From an uncultured delta proteobacterium (GTDB taxonomy: Bacteria; Desulfobacterota; Binatia; UBA9968): a stretch of 64,000 bases of DNA. The translations under genes were made by a program, and so were the position numbers. Under the pieces are notes generated by a model that was not told the DNA's origin, ran no database searches, and saw nothing but the letters and a program-made list of their open reading frames with translations. Below are positions 28,905-37,995 of the stretch, in pieces. The DNA lies in contig CAVYTU010000017.1 of the NCBI GenBank assembly GCA_963771465.1, positions 672,001 to 736,000 of the forward strand, written 5' to 3'. The stretch's first letter is position 1. Every line of letters begins with the position of its first letter.

Positions 28905-30092
28905 ATGGAATCGGCTGAGAACGAATTGATCACACGGGTCGGCGCCGGCACGCCGGCGGGCGAGACATTGCGAAAATATTGGTTGCCGGTGGGCTTATCC
29001 AAGGAGATCGATACGGATGGGCCCAAACTCGTGCGCTGGCTCGGCGAAGATTTGCTGTTATTTCGTGATGAGTTTGGCCGCGTTGGCTTGACTCAACCCA
29101 ACTGTCCCCATCGCGGCACTTCGCTCGATTACGGCTGGATCGAAGCCGGCGGCATTCGCTGTTGTTATCACGGCTGGGTGTTCGATGTGACCGGCCGTTG
29201 TTTGGAACAGCCCGGCGAGCCGGCTGACAGTAATTTCAAAGACAAGATTCGCCTGAAGGCTTACCAAGTACGCGAGCTTGGCGGCATGATTTGGGCATTC
29301 ATGGGCGCCGGCGCGGCGCCGGAGTTGCCCAACTATCATTTTCTCGTGCGCGACGACGGCGAGCGCCAGTTTTCCAGCTACGTGCGCGACTGCAATTACA
29401 TGCAGCAACTGGAAAACGCGCTCGACCCGGTGCATGCGACGATACTGCACGGCCGGGCGGTGCATGGATTGCCCGCCGCGCCTGAGTGGATGGAGACGCC
29501 GGACTTCCATGTGACGATGACCGACACGATGGCGTATTACGTCGCACGGCGCATAGGGCCGCAAGCGGGTACCGAGTGGCATCGCGAAGTTGCCTATGTG
29601 CCGCCGCTCATGGTGGTGCATCACGGCGGCACGCTGCCCGGCGATCCCTTGGCGGAAATGGTCGATGTCGCCTGGCGTATGCCGATCGATGACTTTACCA
29701 CGCGCACCTTTACGCTTAAATTTTTTCCCAACGCGAGCGGCAAGCGCGGCAATGAAGAAAAGCAACCGCGGCCCAAACCGCCGCCGCTCATGCGCGGCAC
29801 GCGGCGGCAGTGGGACATGGCGACGATCAACGGCCAAGACAACGCAGCGCAGGTTGGTCAGGGCGCGCTGGTCGACCGGTCGCAGGAGCATCTCGGCTTT
29901 TCCGATCGCGGCGTCATTCTCGTGCGCAAGTTGTGGAAGATAGCGATTGATACCGCGCAGCGTGGCGACGATCCGCCGAACTTGATTCGCGACGCCGCGC
30001 AGAATCGTTTGGTGCACGTCGACGTGATTGAAAGATTGGTCAACGCTGAGGAGTTGCGCGAGCATGTGCCGAATATCGTCTATGTCGGTTGA
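28905..30092 (+). CDS. Rieske aromatic oxygenase alpha subunit (phthalate 4,5-dioxygenase-like)
   Basis: CPHRG...CCYHGW Rieske motif; ENALDPVHATILH iron motif; EHLGFSDRG. Confidence 0.92.
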   Translation: MESAENELITRVGAGTPAGETLRKYWLPVGLSKEIDTDGPKLVRWLGEDLLLFRDEFGRVGLTQPNCPHRGTSLDYGWIEAGGIRCCYHGWVFDVTGRCLEQPGEPADSNFKDKIRLKAYQVRELGGMIWAFMGAGAAPELPNYHFLVRDDGERQFSSYVRDCNYMQQLENALDPVHATILHGRAVHGLPAAPEWMETPDFHVTMTDTMAYYVARRIGPQAGTEWHREVAYVPPLMVVHHGGTLPGDPLAEMVDVAWRMPIDDFTTRTFTLKFFPNASGKRGNEEKQPRPKPPPLMRGTRRQWDMATINGQDNAAQVGQGALVDRSQEHLGFSDRGVILVRKLWKIAIDTAQRGDDPPNLIRDAAQNRLVHVDVIERLVNAEELREHVPNIVYVG

Positions 30093-30096
30093 GCAG

Positions 30097-31224
30097 ATGG
30101 CGCGCCGACTTCAATCAGAACTCACCGCCGGATTTATCGTGGTGATGTTGAGCGCTATCGCGAGCCACGGCGGCGAAGCGCGGCCGGTCTGGCAGCAAGA
30201 GTGGGATAAGACCGTGCAAGCGGCGAAGGCGGAAGGACAAGTGACTATTTACGTCCACAGCGCCTACGCTCCAGTGCTCACCTCCGGCGCTTTTGAAAAG
30301 GCTTTTCCGGCGATCAAGCTCAGCATTGTCAGCGGCGTCGAGAACGATCTCGAACGGCGCTTCAGCGCCGAGCGGCGCGCCGGCAAATATCTTGCCGATG
30401 TGTTCATGGTCGGCGTCTTGCGCAGCTACGACTTTATGCAGGCGAAGTTTTTGGAGCCGATCAAACCACTCTTGATACTTCCCGAAGTGGTCGACGAGTC
30501 GAAGTGGTGGCTGGGAAAGCATCACTACAGCGACCCGGAGCAGAAATATTTGTTTCGCTACGTCGCTTCGGCGCAGTACGGCCAGATTTCCTACAACACG
30601 CAGTTGATTCAGGCCAAGGAGTTTACGTCATTTTGGGATTTTCTGAATCCAAAATGGAAAGGCAAAATTCTTTCCCGCGATATTCGCTTGCCGGGAACCG
30701 GCGGCAGCGCCATTCGGCTTTTTTATTATCATCCCGATATGGGGCCCGAGTTCGTCCGTAAACTATTCGCCGAGACCGATATCACGCTTACTCGCGACCG
30801 GCGCCAGGGACTCGACTGGCTGGCAGCGGGAAAATATCCAATCTGCTTTTGGTGCGAAGGCGTCGATAAAGCCAACGTGCAAGGTTTGCCGGTGGATACT
30901 TTTGGGCGCATGAAAGAAGGCGCGGGACTGAGCGCGGGGCAAGCGATTCTCACCTACGTCAATCAAGCGCCGCATCCAAGTGCCGCGAAAGTGTTTATCA
31001 ATTGGTTTTTGTCGCGCGACGGCCAGCTAAACTTTCAAAAGGCGCTCGGCAAGGCGGACGAAGGCTCGCCGGATTCGCTACGCATCGATATTCCCAAAGA
31101 TGATGTCGATCCGAAAAGCCGGCGCCTCGATGGCGTTAAATATCTGGACACCGACCAGTGGCTGGCGATGAAACCGGTGTTGAAAGTGGTCGAGGATGCG
31201 CTGACGCAAGCGGGTAAAAAGTAA
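30097..31224 (+). CDS. ABC substrate-binding protein (Fe3+/thiamine cluster D-like)
   Basis: AAKAEGQVTIY, DFLNPKWKGK, APHPSAAKVFINWFLS. Confidence 0.88.
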   Translation: MARRLQSELTAGFIVVMLSAIASHGGEARPVWQQEWDKTVQAAKAEGQVTIYVHSAYAPVLTSGAFEKAFPAIKLSIVSGVENDLERRFSAERRAGKYLADVFMVGVLRSYDFMQAKFLEPIKPLLILPEVVDESKWWLGKHHYSDPEQKYLFRYVASAQYGQISYNTQLIQAKEFTSFWDFLNPKWKGKILSRDIRLPGTGGSAIRLFYYHPDMGPEFVRKLFAETDITLTRDRRQGLDWLAAGKYPICFWCEGVDKANVQGLPVDTFGRMKEGAGLSAGQAILTYVNQAPHPSAAKVFINWFLSRDGQLNFQKALGKADEGSPDSLRIDIPKDDVDPKSRRLDGVKYLDTDQWLAMKPVLKVVEDALTQAGKK

Positions 31225-31251
31225 CTTGATCGGCAAAAACGGAGACGAAAT

Positions 31252-32373
31252 ATGAAATTCAAACGGTCGTCGAGTTGGAGCTTTGCCAAGGCAATTGTGA
31301 TTCTTTCCTACGTGTGTTCGGCGACGACAACCTTCGCTGGGCAGGCGTCCAACTGGAAGGCGGATTGGGACGCGACGGTGCGCGCCGCGGAAAAAGAAGG
31401 GCCGCTAGTGATCTATGGCCCGCGCGGGCGCGATCAGGAGATGCTTTATAGCGAGATATTTCCCAAGGCGTTCCCCAAGATTCGCGTCCAGTATACACCC
31501 GGACGCTTGAGTCAAATGATCTCGCGGCTGATGGCGGAGCAGCGCGCTGGAGTGCGCCAAGTCGATCTGCTGTTGGGCGGCACCGATGTATTGCTGGGAA
31601 CTTTCAAAGACAAAGGCTTGCTGCAACCGATACGGCCGCTGCTCGTTCTGCCTGAGGTTCTGGATCCGGCGGCCTGGTTCAAGGGCAAACTTTTGTTCGC
31701 CGACAGCGAGGAAAAATTTATCGCCTTGTTCCGCGCCGTGCCTTATTCTTCCGCATGCATCAACACCAACCTGATCAAACCCGGCGAGCTAAAAAGCTAT
31801 CTGGATTTTGTCAATCCCAAGTGGAAGGGAAAAATCGCGTCCCAGGATTTTTCCAGCGGCAGCGCGCGCAATCAAATGTTCGTACTCTACGTCCGCGAAG
31901 ATTTGGGCCCCAAGTATCTCAAGCGACTGATCGGCGAGATGGATATCACGTTCTCGCGCAACGTGGTGCAGCTCGGTGATTGGCTGGCGCAGGGCAAATT
32001 CGCTATCGCCTTCGGCGGCGTCGATTGCCCCGACCTTGCGCTCAAAGGCTTGCCCGTAAAGCCGATCTTTCTGGAGGGGCATGGCCGCAGTGGGCGCAGG
32101 CAACGATCCGGCTTCGATGCTTGGCGAGCGCGCCGCACCCCAACGCGTCGAAGGTATTTCTCAATTGGCTGCTGAGCCGGGAAGGCCAGATGGCGTTTCA
32201 GAAGCTGACCAAGGAAAACTCGTTACGCATCGATATCCCCAAGGATGGCATCGTCGATCCCGACCATGATGCTCGACCCGAAACGCGAATATCTTTTTAC
32301 GGGCTTGGAAGAACATAAGAAAAAGATCAACGAGTTCGAACCCTGGCTCGAGTCACTGGTGCCGAAGAAGTAA
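31252..32373 (+). CDS. ABC substrate-binding protein paralog carrying three +1 frameshifts
   Basis: AAEKEGPLVIY, NPKWKGK; extra bases near 32078, 32122 and 32260; TAA 32371-32373 is in frame with the start. Confidence 0.8.
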
Positions 32374-32410
32374 TTTATCCGGTTCGCAACTTTATTGAGA
32401 AAGACCGTTA

Positions 32411-33187
32411 ATGAAAATTGCCACTTGGAATGTCAACTCGCTCAAAGTGCGTTTGCCGCAGGTTTTAGAATTCCTCGCCGCGCACCAACCTGACGCGCTC
32501 TGCCTCCAGGAGCTAAAACTGGAGGACGCCAATTTTCCGACCAGGGAAATTAACGCGGCGGGCTATCAAGCGGCGTTTTCCGGCCAGAAAACTTACAACG
32601 GCGTCGCGATTCTTTCGCTGAATGCTGCGAATGAGGCGGCGATGGGTGTTCCTGGATTCGACGATCCGCAGCGCCGCGTGATCGCCGCCACCGTGAACGG
32701 CGTGCGGATTATCTGCGTTTACATTCCTAACGGTGAGGCGGTGGAGTCGGAAAAGTACAAATACAAACTCGACTGGCTGATGAAGCTGATCGTTTGGTTG
32801 AAGCAGGAAATGGCCAAGTATCCGAAGCTCGCGTTGTTGGGCGATTACAACATCGCGCCGGAAGATCGCGATGTCTTCGATGTCAAATTTTGGACCGGCA
32901 AAGTGTTGTTCAGTGAGCCGGAAAAAGCGGCGTTCAAAGACATGATCGGTCTCGGATTGACGGATAGTTTCCGCATGTTCGAGCAACCGGATAAATCTTA
33001 CAGCTGGTGGGATTACCGCATGAACGGTTTCAAACGAAACCTCGGCCTGCGCATCGATCACATTTTGCTATCCCAGGAACTGGTGCGATCCTGCAAGAGT
33101 TGCTCGATCGTTCGCGACATGCGAGCCAAAGAGCGTCCTTCCGATCATGCGCCGGTGATCGCGGAGATATCGGATTCGGAAATTTAA
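32411..33187 (+). CDS. xth: Exodeoxyribonuclease III
   Basis: ATWNVNS, LQELK, GDYNIAP, WWDYR, GLRIDH, PSDHAP. Confidence 0.95.
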   Translation: MKIATWNVNSLKVRLPQVLEFLAAHQPDALCLQELKLEDANFPTREINAAGYQAAFSGQKTYNGVAILSLNAANEAAMGVPGFDDPQRRVIAATVNGVRIICVYIPNGEAVESEKYKYKLDWLMKLIVWLKQEMAKYPKLALLGDYNIAPEDRDVFDVKFWTGKVLFSEPEKAAFKDMIGLGLTDSFRMFEQPDKSYSWWDYRMNGFKRNLGLRIDHILLSQELVRSCKSCSIVRDMRAKERPSDHAPVIAEISDSEI

Positions 33188-34374
33188 CTTTGCGGTACTT
33201 TTGATTTTTTTAAACTTTGTGACCTTTGTGCTCTTTGTGGTTGATTCTCTTCATCTTCGAAGCTGTACATTCGCGCGCAGTTGTCCCACAGCCATTTGCG
33301 TTTCATTTGATCGGTGAACGGCATCTTTAGGAACGTGTCGATGGCGTGGGGGTATTTTACGTCTAGGTGGGGATAGTCGGTGGAGAAGACCATGTTGTCT
33401 TCCAGGCCGTACTCGGGGATGTGTTTGGCGGTGATCTCGTCGCATTCCACCGCGCCGTAGCAATTGCGCTGGAAATATTCCAGTGGCGTGAGTTTGAGAT
33501 CGGGATACTCCGCTACGCCGGTGGTCTCGGCGTATTCGCCCATGCGCCAGAGCAGCCACGGCACCCAGGAGCAGTTGCCTTCGAGAAAGGCGACTTTCAA
33601 TTTCGCAAAGCGCTCCATCACGCCGCCGAAGATCATGTCGCCGCAGGCCAACATATTGGCGAACGGAAAGCCGAAAGTATTGAACATCGAAAAGGTCGAG
33701 CAGATGTGGAAGAACGCCGGCTGCGGCAGATAGACGCGGCCGGCTTCGTGAAAGCCGACGGGCAAATTCAGCTGCTCGCACTCGGCCCACAAGGGATCGT
33801 AGTAGGGATCGCTCCATTTCTTGTTATTGACGTGATTGGGGCGAATAAAAATGCCGCGAAAGCCGTAATCTTTCACCGTGCGGCGAATCTCCTCGACGGC
33901 GCCGCTGATGTCGTGCGGCGCAACCATGGCGATGCCGAACATGCGTTTGGGATCGGCTTGGACGAAGTCGTGCAGCCAGTCGTTGTAGGCGCGCGCGATG
34001 GCCGTGGCGAAGTCCGGGTCTAGCCCGTCGATCCCCAACACCGTTAGGGCGCGAGTGGGAAACAGAAACGCGATGTCCAATCCTTCTTTGTCCATGGCTT
34101 GCAGTTGCGACACGCCGTCGAAGTTGCGCGCGCCGGCCGCGCCGTACTTCTCGGCGAAAAACTCTTGGCGATACTTTGCCAATGCGGGATTTTCCGGCTG
34201 GCGTGGGATCGGCATGACTTTACCTTCGACCTCCACACCGAGGTCGCGAAACGCACGGTTCAAGCCTTTTGGGGCGCGGTCGAGATATTTCCTGTCGATG
34301 TAGCGTTGCCACAAATCCGCCGGCTCGAAGACGTGCATGTCGGAATCCATCGCCTTGAAACCATTTTTGGCCAT
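33184..34374 (-). CDS. Amidohydrolase_2-family protein
   Basis: DSDMH, PVGFHE, FLEGNCSW, FSTDYPH. Confidence 0.9.
   Translation of the reverse strand: MAKNGFKAMDSDMHVFEPADLWQRYIDRKYLDRAPKGLNRAFRDLGVEVEGKVMPIPRQPENPALAKYRQEFFAEKYGAAGARNFDGVSQLQAMDKEGLDIAFLFPTRALTVLGIDGLDPDFATAIARAYNDWLHDFVQADPKRMFGIAMVAPHDISGAVEEIRRTVKDYGFRGIFIRPNHVNNKKWSDPYYDPLWAECEQLNLPVGFHEAGRVYLPQPAFFHICSTFSMFNTFGFPFANMLACGDMIFGGVMERFAKLKVAFLEGNCSWVPWLLWRMGEYAETTGVAEYPDLKLTPLEYFQRNCYGAVECDEITAKHIPEYGLEDNMVFSTDYPHLDVKYPHAIDTFLKMPFTDQMKRKWLWDNCARMYSFEDEENQPQRAQRSQSLKKSKVPQS
33215..33241. repeat. 9-bp tandem repeat (CTTTGTG-NN)x3 in the amidohydrolase 3' end
   Basis: CTTTGTGAC CTTTGTGCT CTTTGTGGT. Confidence 0.6.
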
Positions 34375-34446
34375 TGTGTTTCTCCTCGAGTCAATTCTGC
34401 TTCAGTTCATTTCACCGGCGATAAGTATTTTAGCTCTTTTTTCATC

Positions 34447-34650
34447 TTAGGCGAGATCGAGAGCATTGTTGACAATATGGTTCGCCGCGACCAGACTTCC
34501 CGCACCGGTCATGTTGGGCAGGCGGCCGGCGATGAAGCGAATGGTTTTGTCTTGGTAAAAGTCTTGGGCAGAGGCACTCGGACTACCCGGCAACACCAAA
34601 GCTATGCTAATAGTCACCATACTAAGCAAACATTGCCATTTTGATTTCAT
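34447..34650 (-). pseudogene. Remnant of a TctC/Bug-type solute-binding gene
   Basis: Signal peptide plus AQDFYQDKTIRFI fused to NMTGAGSLVAANH, then stop; the usual GG.D segment and C-terminus are absent. Confidence 0.7.
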
Positions 34651-34722
34651 GGTGTTTCAGAATCGCACAAGTAGCGAGCTCGGGTCAAAACCAATGGGTT
34701 CTCATCCTGGCTGGAGGTGACG

Positions 34723-35847
34723 ATGAAGTCGTATTTTAAAAGAAGTTCTCTGGTGATGGGCTTGAGTGCTGTGCTGTTTGCTTCACATGTTCTGGGCGCG
34801 ACGCCAAATCCGGCACTCCTTAAGGCTAAGCAAGACGCAGAGAGTAAAGGCTTCATATTTGTCTCTGACCGCTCGGAGATTGTGGCGCGCGCCCAAAAGG
34901 AAGGGAAACTGGGTGTCATTACGAGCATGGAGCCTGAAACGGCCAAGGCTTCGGCACTCGCTTTCAAAAAGCGCTATCCGTTTATCGATCTCAACATCCA
35001 GCCACGAACCGGTTCCGAGTCGGCGCAGCAGCTTGTCCTGCAAATCAAGAGCGGCGGAGCCAAGGAATGGGACGTTGTCTCAACCAGTTCCGATCATATC
35101 AACGATTATATTCCGCATCTCTGGAAAGTGGATCTACAAGCAATGGCGGAGCAGGGTGTGATGCAAATTCCGGTCGCGATGGTCGACTCCACGCAGCGCA
35201 ATATCGCCGCCTTTCACAGTCGGTTTCACATTATCGCGTATAATAAAAATCTCGTTGCGCCGGCGCAGGTTCCCAAAGTGTGGGAGGATCTTTTGAAGCC
35301 TGAGTTTAAGGGAAGAAAGATTGCTTTGGACATTCGCCCTGGCTTAGCGACTCTAGTACCCGCATGGGGTTTGGATCGGACGGTGGACTTCGCACGAAAA
35401 CTGGCGAGTCAGGAACCGATCTGGGTGCGCGGCGATCCCAGGGCGATAACGGGCATGCTTGCCGGCGAGATTCCCATGATGGTGGCGGCGAATTTTCACG
35501 ACCTCAAGCGCGCGCAGAAGAAGGACCCGCTCGGCGTTCTACAATATGCGATCGTTGAACCGGTTCCGTTCAGGCTGGCGCTGGCGCAGTCGATCCTGGC
35601 GACGGCTCGACATCCCTACGCCGCGCTCTTATGGTTTGACTGGCTGGCCACTGTGGAAGCGCAGAAGATCGCCGATGAACACGAACCGATGGCATCGGCA
35701 GTTTACGTGCGTGGCAGCGCGGTGGAAGAGGAGCTGAGGGGGAAGAAACTATCGGCAGTGCCGTGGGAGAGTTACCAGAATCTCCAACCATGGTCGGCGA
35801 AGATATTCGAGGCCTATGGTTTTCCCAAAGCCGACGCGCAGCGGTGA
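34723..35847 (+). CDS. ABC substrate-binding protein (cluster D-like)
   Basis: RAQKEGKL, AYNKNLV, WEDLLKPEFKG, ARHPYAALLWFDWL. Confidence 0.88.
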   Translation: MKSYFKRSSLVMGLSAVLFASHVLGATPNPALLKAKQDAESKGFIFVSDRSEIVARAQKEGKLGVITSMEPETAKASALAFKKRYPFIDLNIQPRTGSESAQQLVLQIKSGGAKEWDVVSTSSDHINDYIPHLWKVDLQAMAEQGVMQIPVAMVDSTQRNIAAFHSRFHIIAYNKNLVAPAQVPKVWEDLLKPEFKGRKIALDIRPGLATLVPAWGLDRTVDFARKLASQEPIWVRGDPRAITGMLAGEIPMMVAANFHDLKRAQKKDPLGVLQYAIVEPVPFRLALAQSILATARHPYAALLWFDWLATVEAQKIADEHEPMASAVYVRGSAVEEELRGKKLSAVPWESYQNLQPWSAKIFEAYGFPKADAQR

Positions 35848-35976
35848 TCACAGTACGGCAAAGTTGTCTCAGAAGTCGGAGCCAGTCCCGGGGGGTGCAT
35901 TGGGGCTTTACCGCGGTGGAATTTAAGTGATAGTATCGAGCAGTTCCCAAAATCAACATCAACAATAGGAGGAGTA

Positions 35977-36414
35977 ATGGAACAAGAGCAAGCAAGAGGA
36001 TTCCAAGTTTTCGATATCAACCCGCAGATAGTTGCGAAGGGAAAGAAAACCACCGAGCTCGTGCGCACGGATTTGATCCGCGCCAACGTTCAGGTCGTCA
36101 CTGACGGCGGTGAAACGAATTTGCACGCCCATACCGGGATGGACGCCATCTGGGTGGTGCTCCAAGGCGAGGCAACTTTCTACGGCAAGGGCGACGAGGT
36201 TGTCGGCAAGCTAAAGAAGCATCAATCGATTTTGATTCCCCGCCCGACACCGTATTGGTTTGAAAGCTCAGGCGACGAACCGTTGGTGGTGCTCCATGTC
36301 ATGGCCTATCAGCCGGGCGCGGCTGCCAAGCGGATCGATTACACGCCGAGGAAAGAGTTGGCGCGAGAGATGGTTGACGGAAAGTTTTTCGGGCAAGAGC
36401 CAACCAACCCCTAG
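35977..36414 (+). CDS. Cupin-domain protein
   Basis: GGETNLHAHTGMD..WVVLQG; IPRPTPYWF; AGGAGG RBS. Confidence 0.85.
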   Translation: MEQEQARGFQVFDINPQIVAKGKKTTELVRTDLIRANVQVVTDGGETNLHAHTGMDAIWVVLQGEATFYGKGDEVVGKLKKHQSILIPRPTPYWFESSGDEPLVVLHVMAYQPGAAAKRIDYTPRKELAREMVDGKFFGQEPTNP

Positions 36415-36462
36415 GGGTCTGCCTGCGCAGGTTTGCTGCAATCGTCGACAGGCCGCCGAGCG

Positions 36463-36508
36463 GAAGCTCCCGTCACCGTTCAATGAGTGACGGGAGCTTC
36501 TCTCATTT
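36463..36508 (+). terminator. Hairpin, probable terminator
   Basis: Perfect 14-bp inverted repeat GAAGCTCCCGTCAC/GTGACGGGAGCTTC followed by TCTCATTT. Confidence 0.65.
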
Positions 36509-36525
36509 AGGTGTTATCTTAATTC

Positions 36526-36675
36526 ATGGAAAAGCCGCCGATTAGAAAAGACTTCTTCGAAAGTGAATGCGGCTGCCGGCGTTGGTACGAGTCGGTCACC
36601 GACGGTTCCGCGGAAGAGTTAGAAGAGGTTGTCGAGTACTGCGACATTCATGACATTGAAAGCGGCAGCGCTTAG
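36526..36675 (+). CDS. Putative 49-aa acidic Cys/His mini-protein (not in ORF track)
   Basis: MEKPPIRKDFFESECGCRRWYESVTDGSAEELEEVVEYCDIHDIESGSA; weak RBS. Confidence 0.5.
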   Translation: MEKPPIRKDFFESECGCRRWYESVTDGSAEELEEVVEYCDIHDIESGSA

Positions 36676-36739
36676 GTCAAAGGCAGAATTAATTCCACTG
36701 TGTAAGATCGAACTCAGTTTCAGTTAGATCCTGCTTAAA

Positions 36740-37912
36740 TTGAATTCCATCTCAAATTTTTCCGGCCGCTGGTTTACCACATTCGGTCACATGGAATTGA
36801 CCCAAGATGGCAGTCGTGTGCACGGATACTATGACTTCCAGGGGAATCGATGCAGCATCGAAGGATCGATTTCTGACAGCAGGCTTCAGTTTACCTACCA
36901 AGAACCTACGGTCACGGGCGAAGGTTGGTTCGAGTTGGTGCGACACGGAAGATTTGTCGGCCAGTGGCGAGTAAAAGACGACGAACGCTGGTCGTCTTGG
37001 AGCGGCGATCGCCAATTCGAGGGAATTTGGCAGAGTTCATTCGGGCTGTTGCGTCTCGTTCAGGAGCCCGATTGTGTTCTCGGTTTTTACGAGAGCACCG
37101 AGCCATGTCACTTGGAAGGCCAGGTGGAAAACAATCGTTTGAACCTGCGCTATCATGAATCGCGATCGCAAGGTGAAGCGCGTTTCGAATTGGCTGACGA
37201 TGGAGCCAGCTTTCACGGCGAATGGCGCGCGGATGGCACAGGGGAGTGGGCACCTTGGCATGGCCGGCGCCTTGCGCCGCTGCCCGGCCAAGTTTGGTTA
37301 GTCATCATCGAAGCGCATTGGCAGCGTTCGTATCTGGATAAAGACTTTGCCTTCGGCCATATGCTGCGGGAGTTTTTTGCCCGTATGCCGCATGTGAATG
37401 TTCGCCAGCGGTTTTTTGAGGATGAAGCCGGATTAGAGCGCTGGTGCCGGGAGCTTATCTATCTGCCTGAGCCGGTTGCGGTTGTTTTTGCCAGCCACGG
37501 GACGCAGGACGGCCTCGCTGTTCGCGGCAAGCCGGTCAATACCGAGCGTCTGACGGAAAGCCTGCTCTACGCCGACAATGTCGTCCTTTTGCACTTTTCC
37601 TCGTGTCTCATGATGCAGGAAGGCAAAGCGAGTGCGCTAGCGCGGTCGTTGCAAAAGGCCGTTCGATTTCCCATCTCAGGATACGATCGTAGCGTGGATT
37701 GGGCAGCCAGCGCGCTGATCGAATTTCATTATCTCGACATGGTTTTAGGGCGTGGTCTTTCACCCGCGGAAGCTGCTGAGCAGGTCCTTCACCTGATTGG
37801 CTATGCTGGCGATAAAGATGTGCCCAATTCGCCGTATCCCGCTGCGGGTTTCCGCGTATTGATGCCGGAGAAGGTGCAAGCTTCTTCGACTGTTGGTCAC
37901 CTCCGACCTTAA
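36740..37912 (+). CDS. Hypothetical protein: two tandem beta-barrel repeats plus a caspase/CHAT-like domain
   Basis: Repeats FSGRWFTTFG.. and FEGIWQSSFG..; C-terminal VFASHG and LHFSSC. Confidence 0.65.
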   Translation: MNSISNFSGRWFTTFGHMELTQDGSRVHGYYDFQGNRCSIEGSISDSRLQFTYQEPTVTGEGWFELVRHGRFVGQWRVKDDERWSSWSGDRQFEGIWQSSFGLLRLVQEPDCVLGFYESTEPCHLEGQVENNRLNLRYHESRSQGEARFELADDGASFHGEWRADGTGEWAPWHGRRLAPLPGQVWLVIIEAHWQRSYLDKDFAFGHMLREFFARMPHVNVRQRFFEDEAGLERWCRELIYLPEPVAVVFASHGTQDGLAVRGKPVNTERLTESLLYADNVVLLHFSSCLMMQEGKASALARSLQKAVRFPISGYDRSVDWAASALIEFHYLDMVLGRGLSPAEAAEQVLHLIGYAGDKDVPNSPYPAAGFRVLMPEKVQASSTVGHLRP

Positions 37913-37995
37913 AACCCCACGGAGGCGGGGTCGAGGATCACTCCTTGGGATTGGGAATGGTTCGGCAAATTTGGCGTAGCTATGGAGGAGAGTTT

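Noticed and set aside
29058-30065. Long antisense ORFs (also 42847-43788, 38017-38790, 23333-24022, 59554-60252)
   Set aside because: Shadow frames of well-supported genes in GC-rich DNA, with no motifs
32070-32270. Programmed ribosomal frameshifting
   Set aside because: No slippery heptamer; three insertions in 200 nt fit sequencing error better
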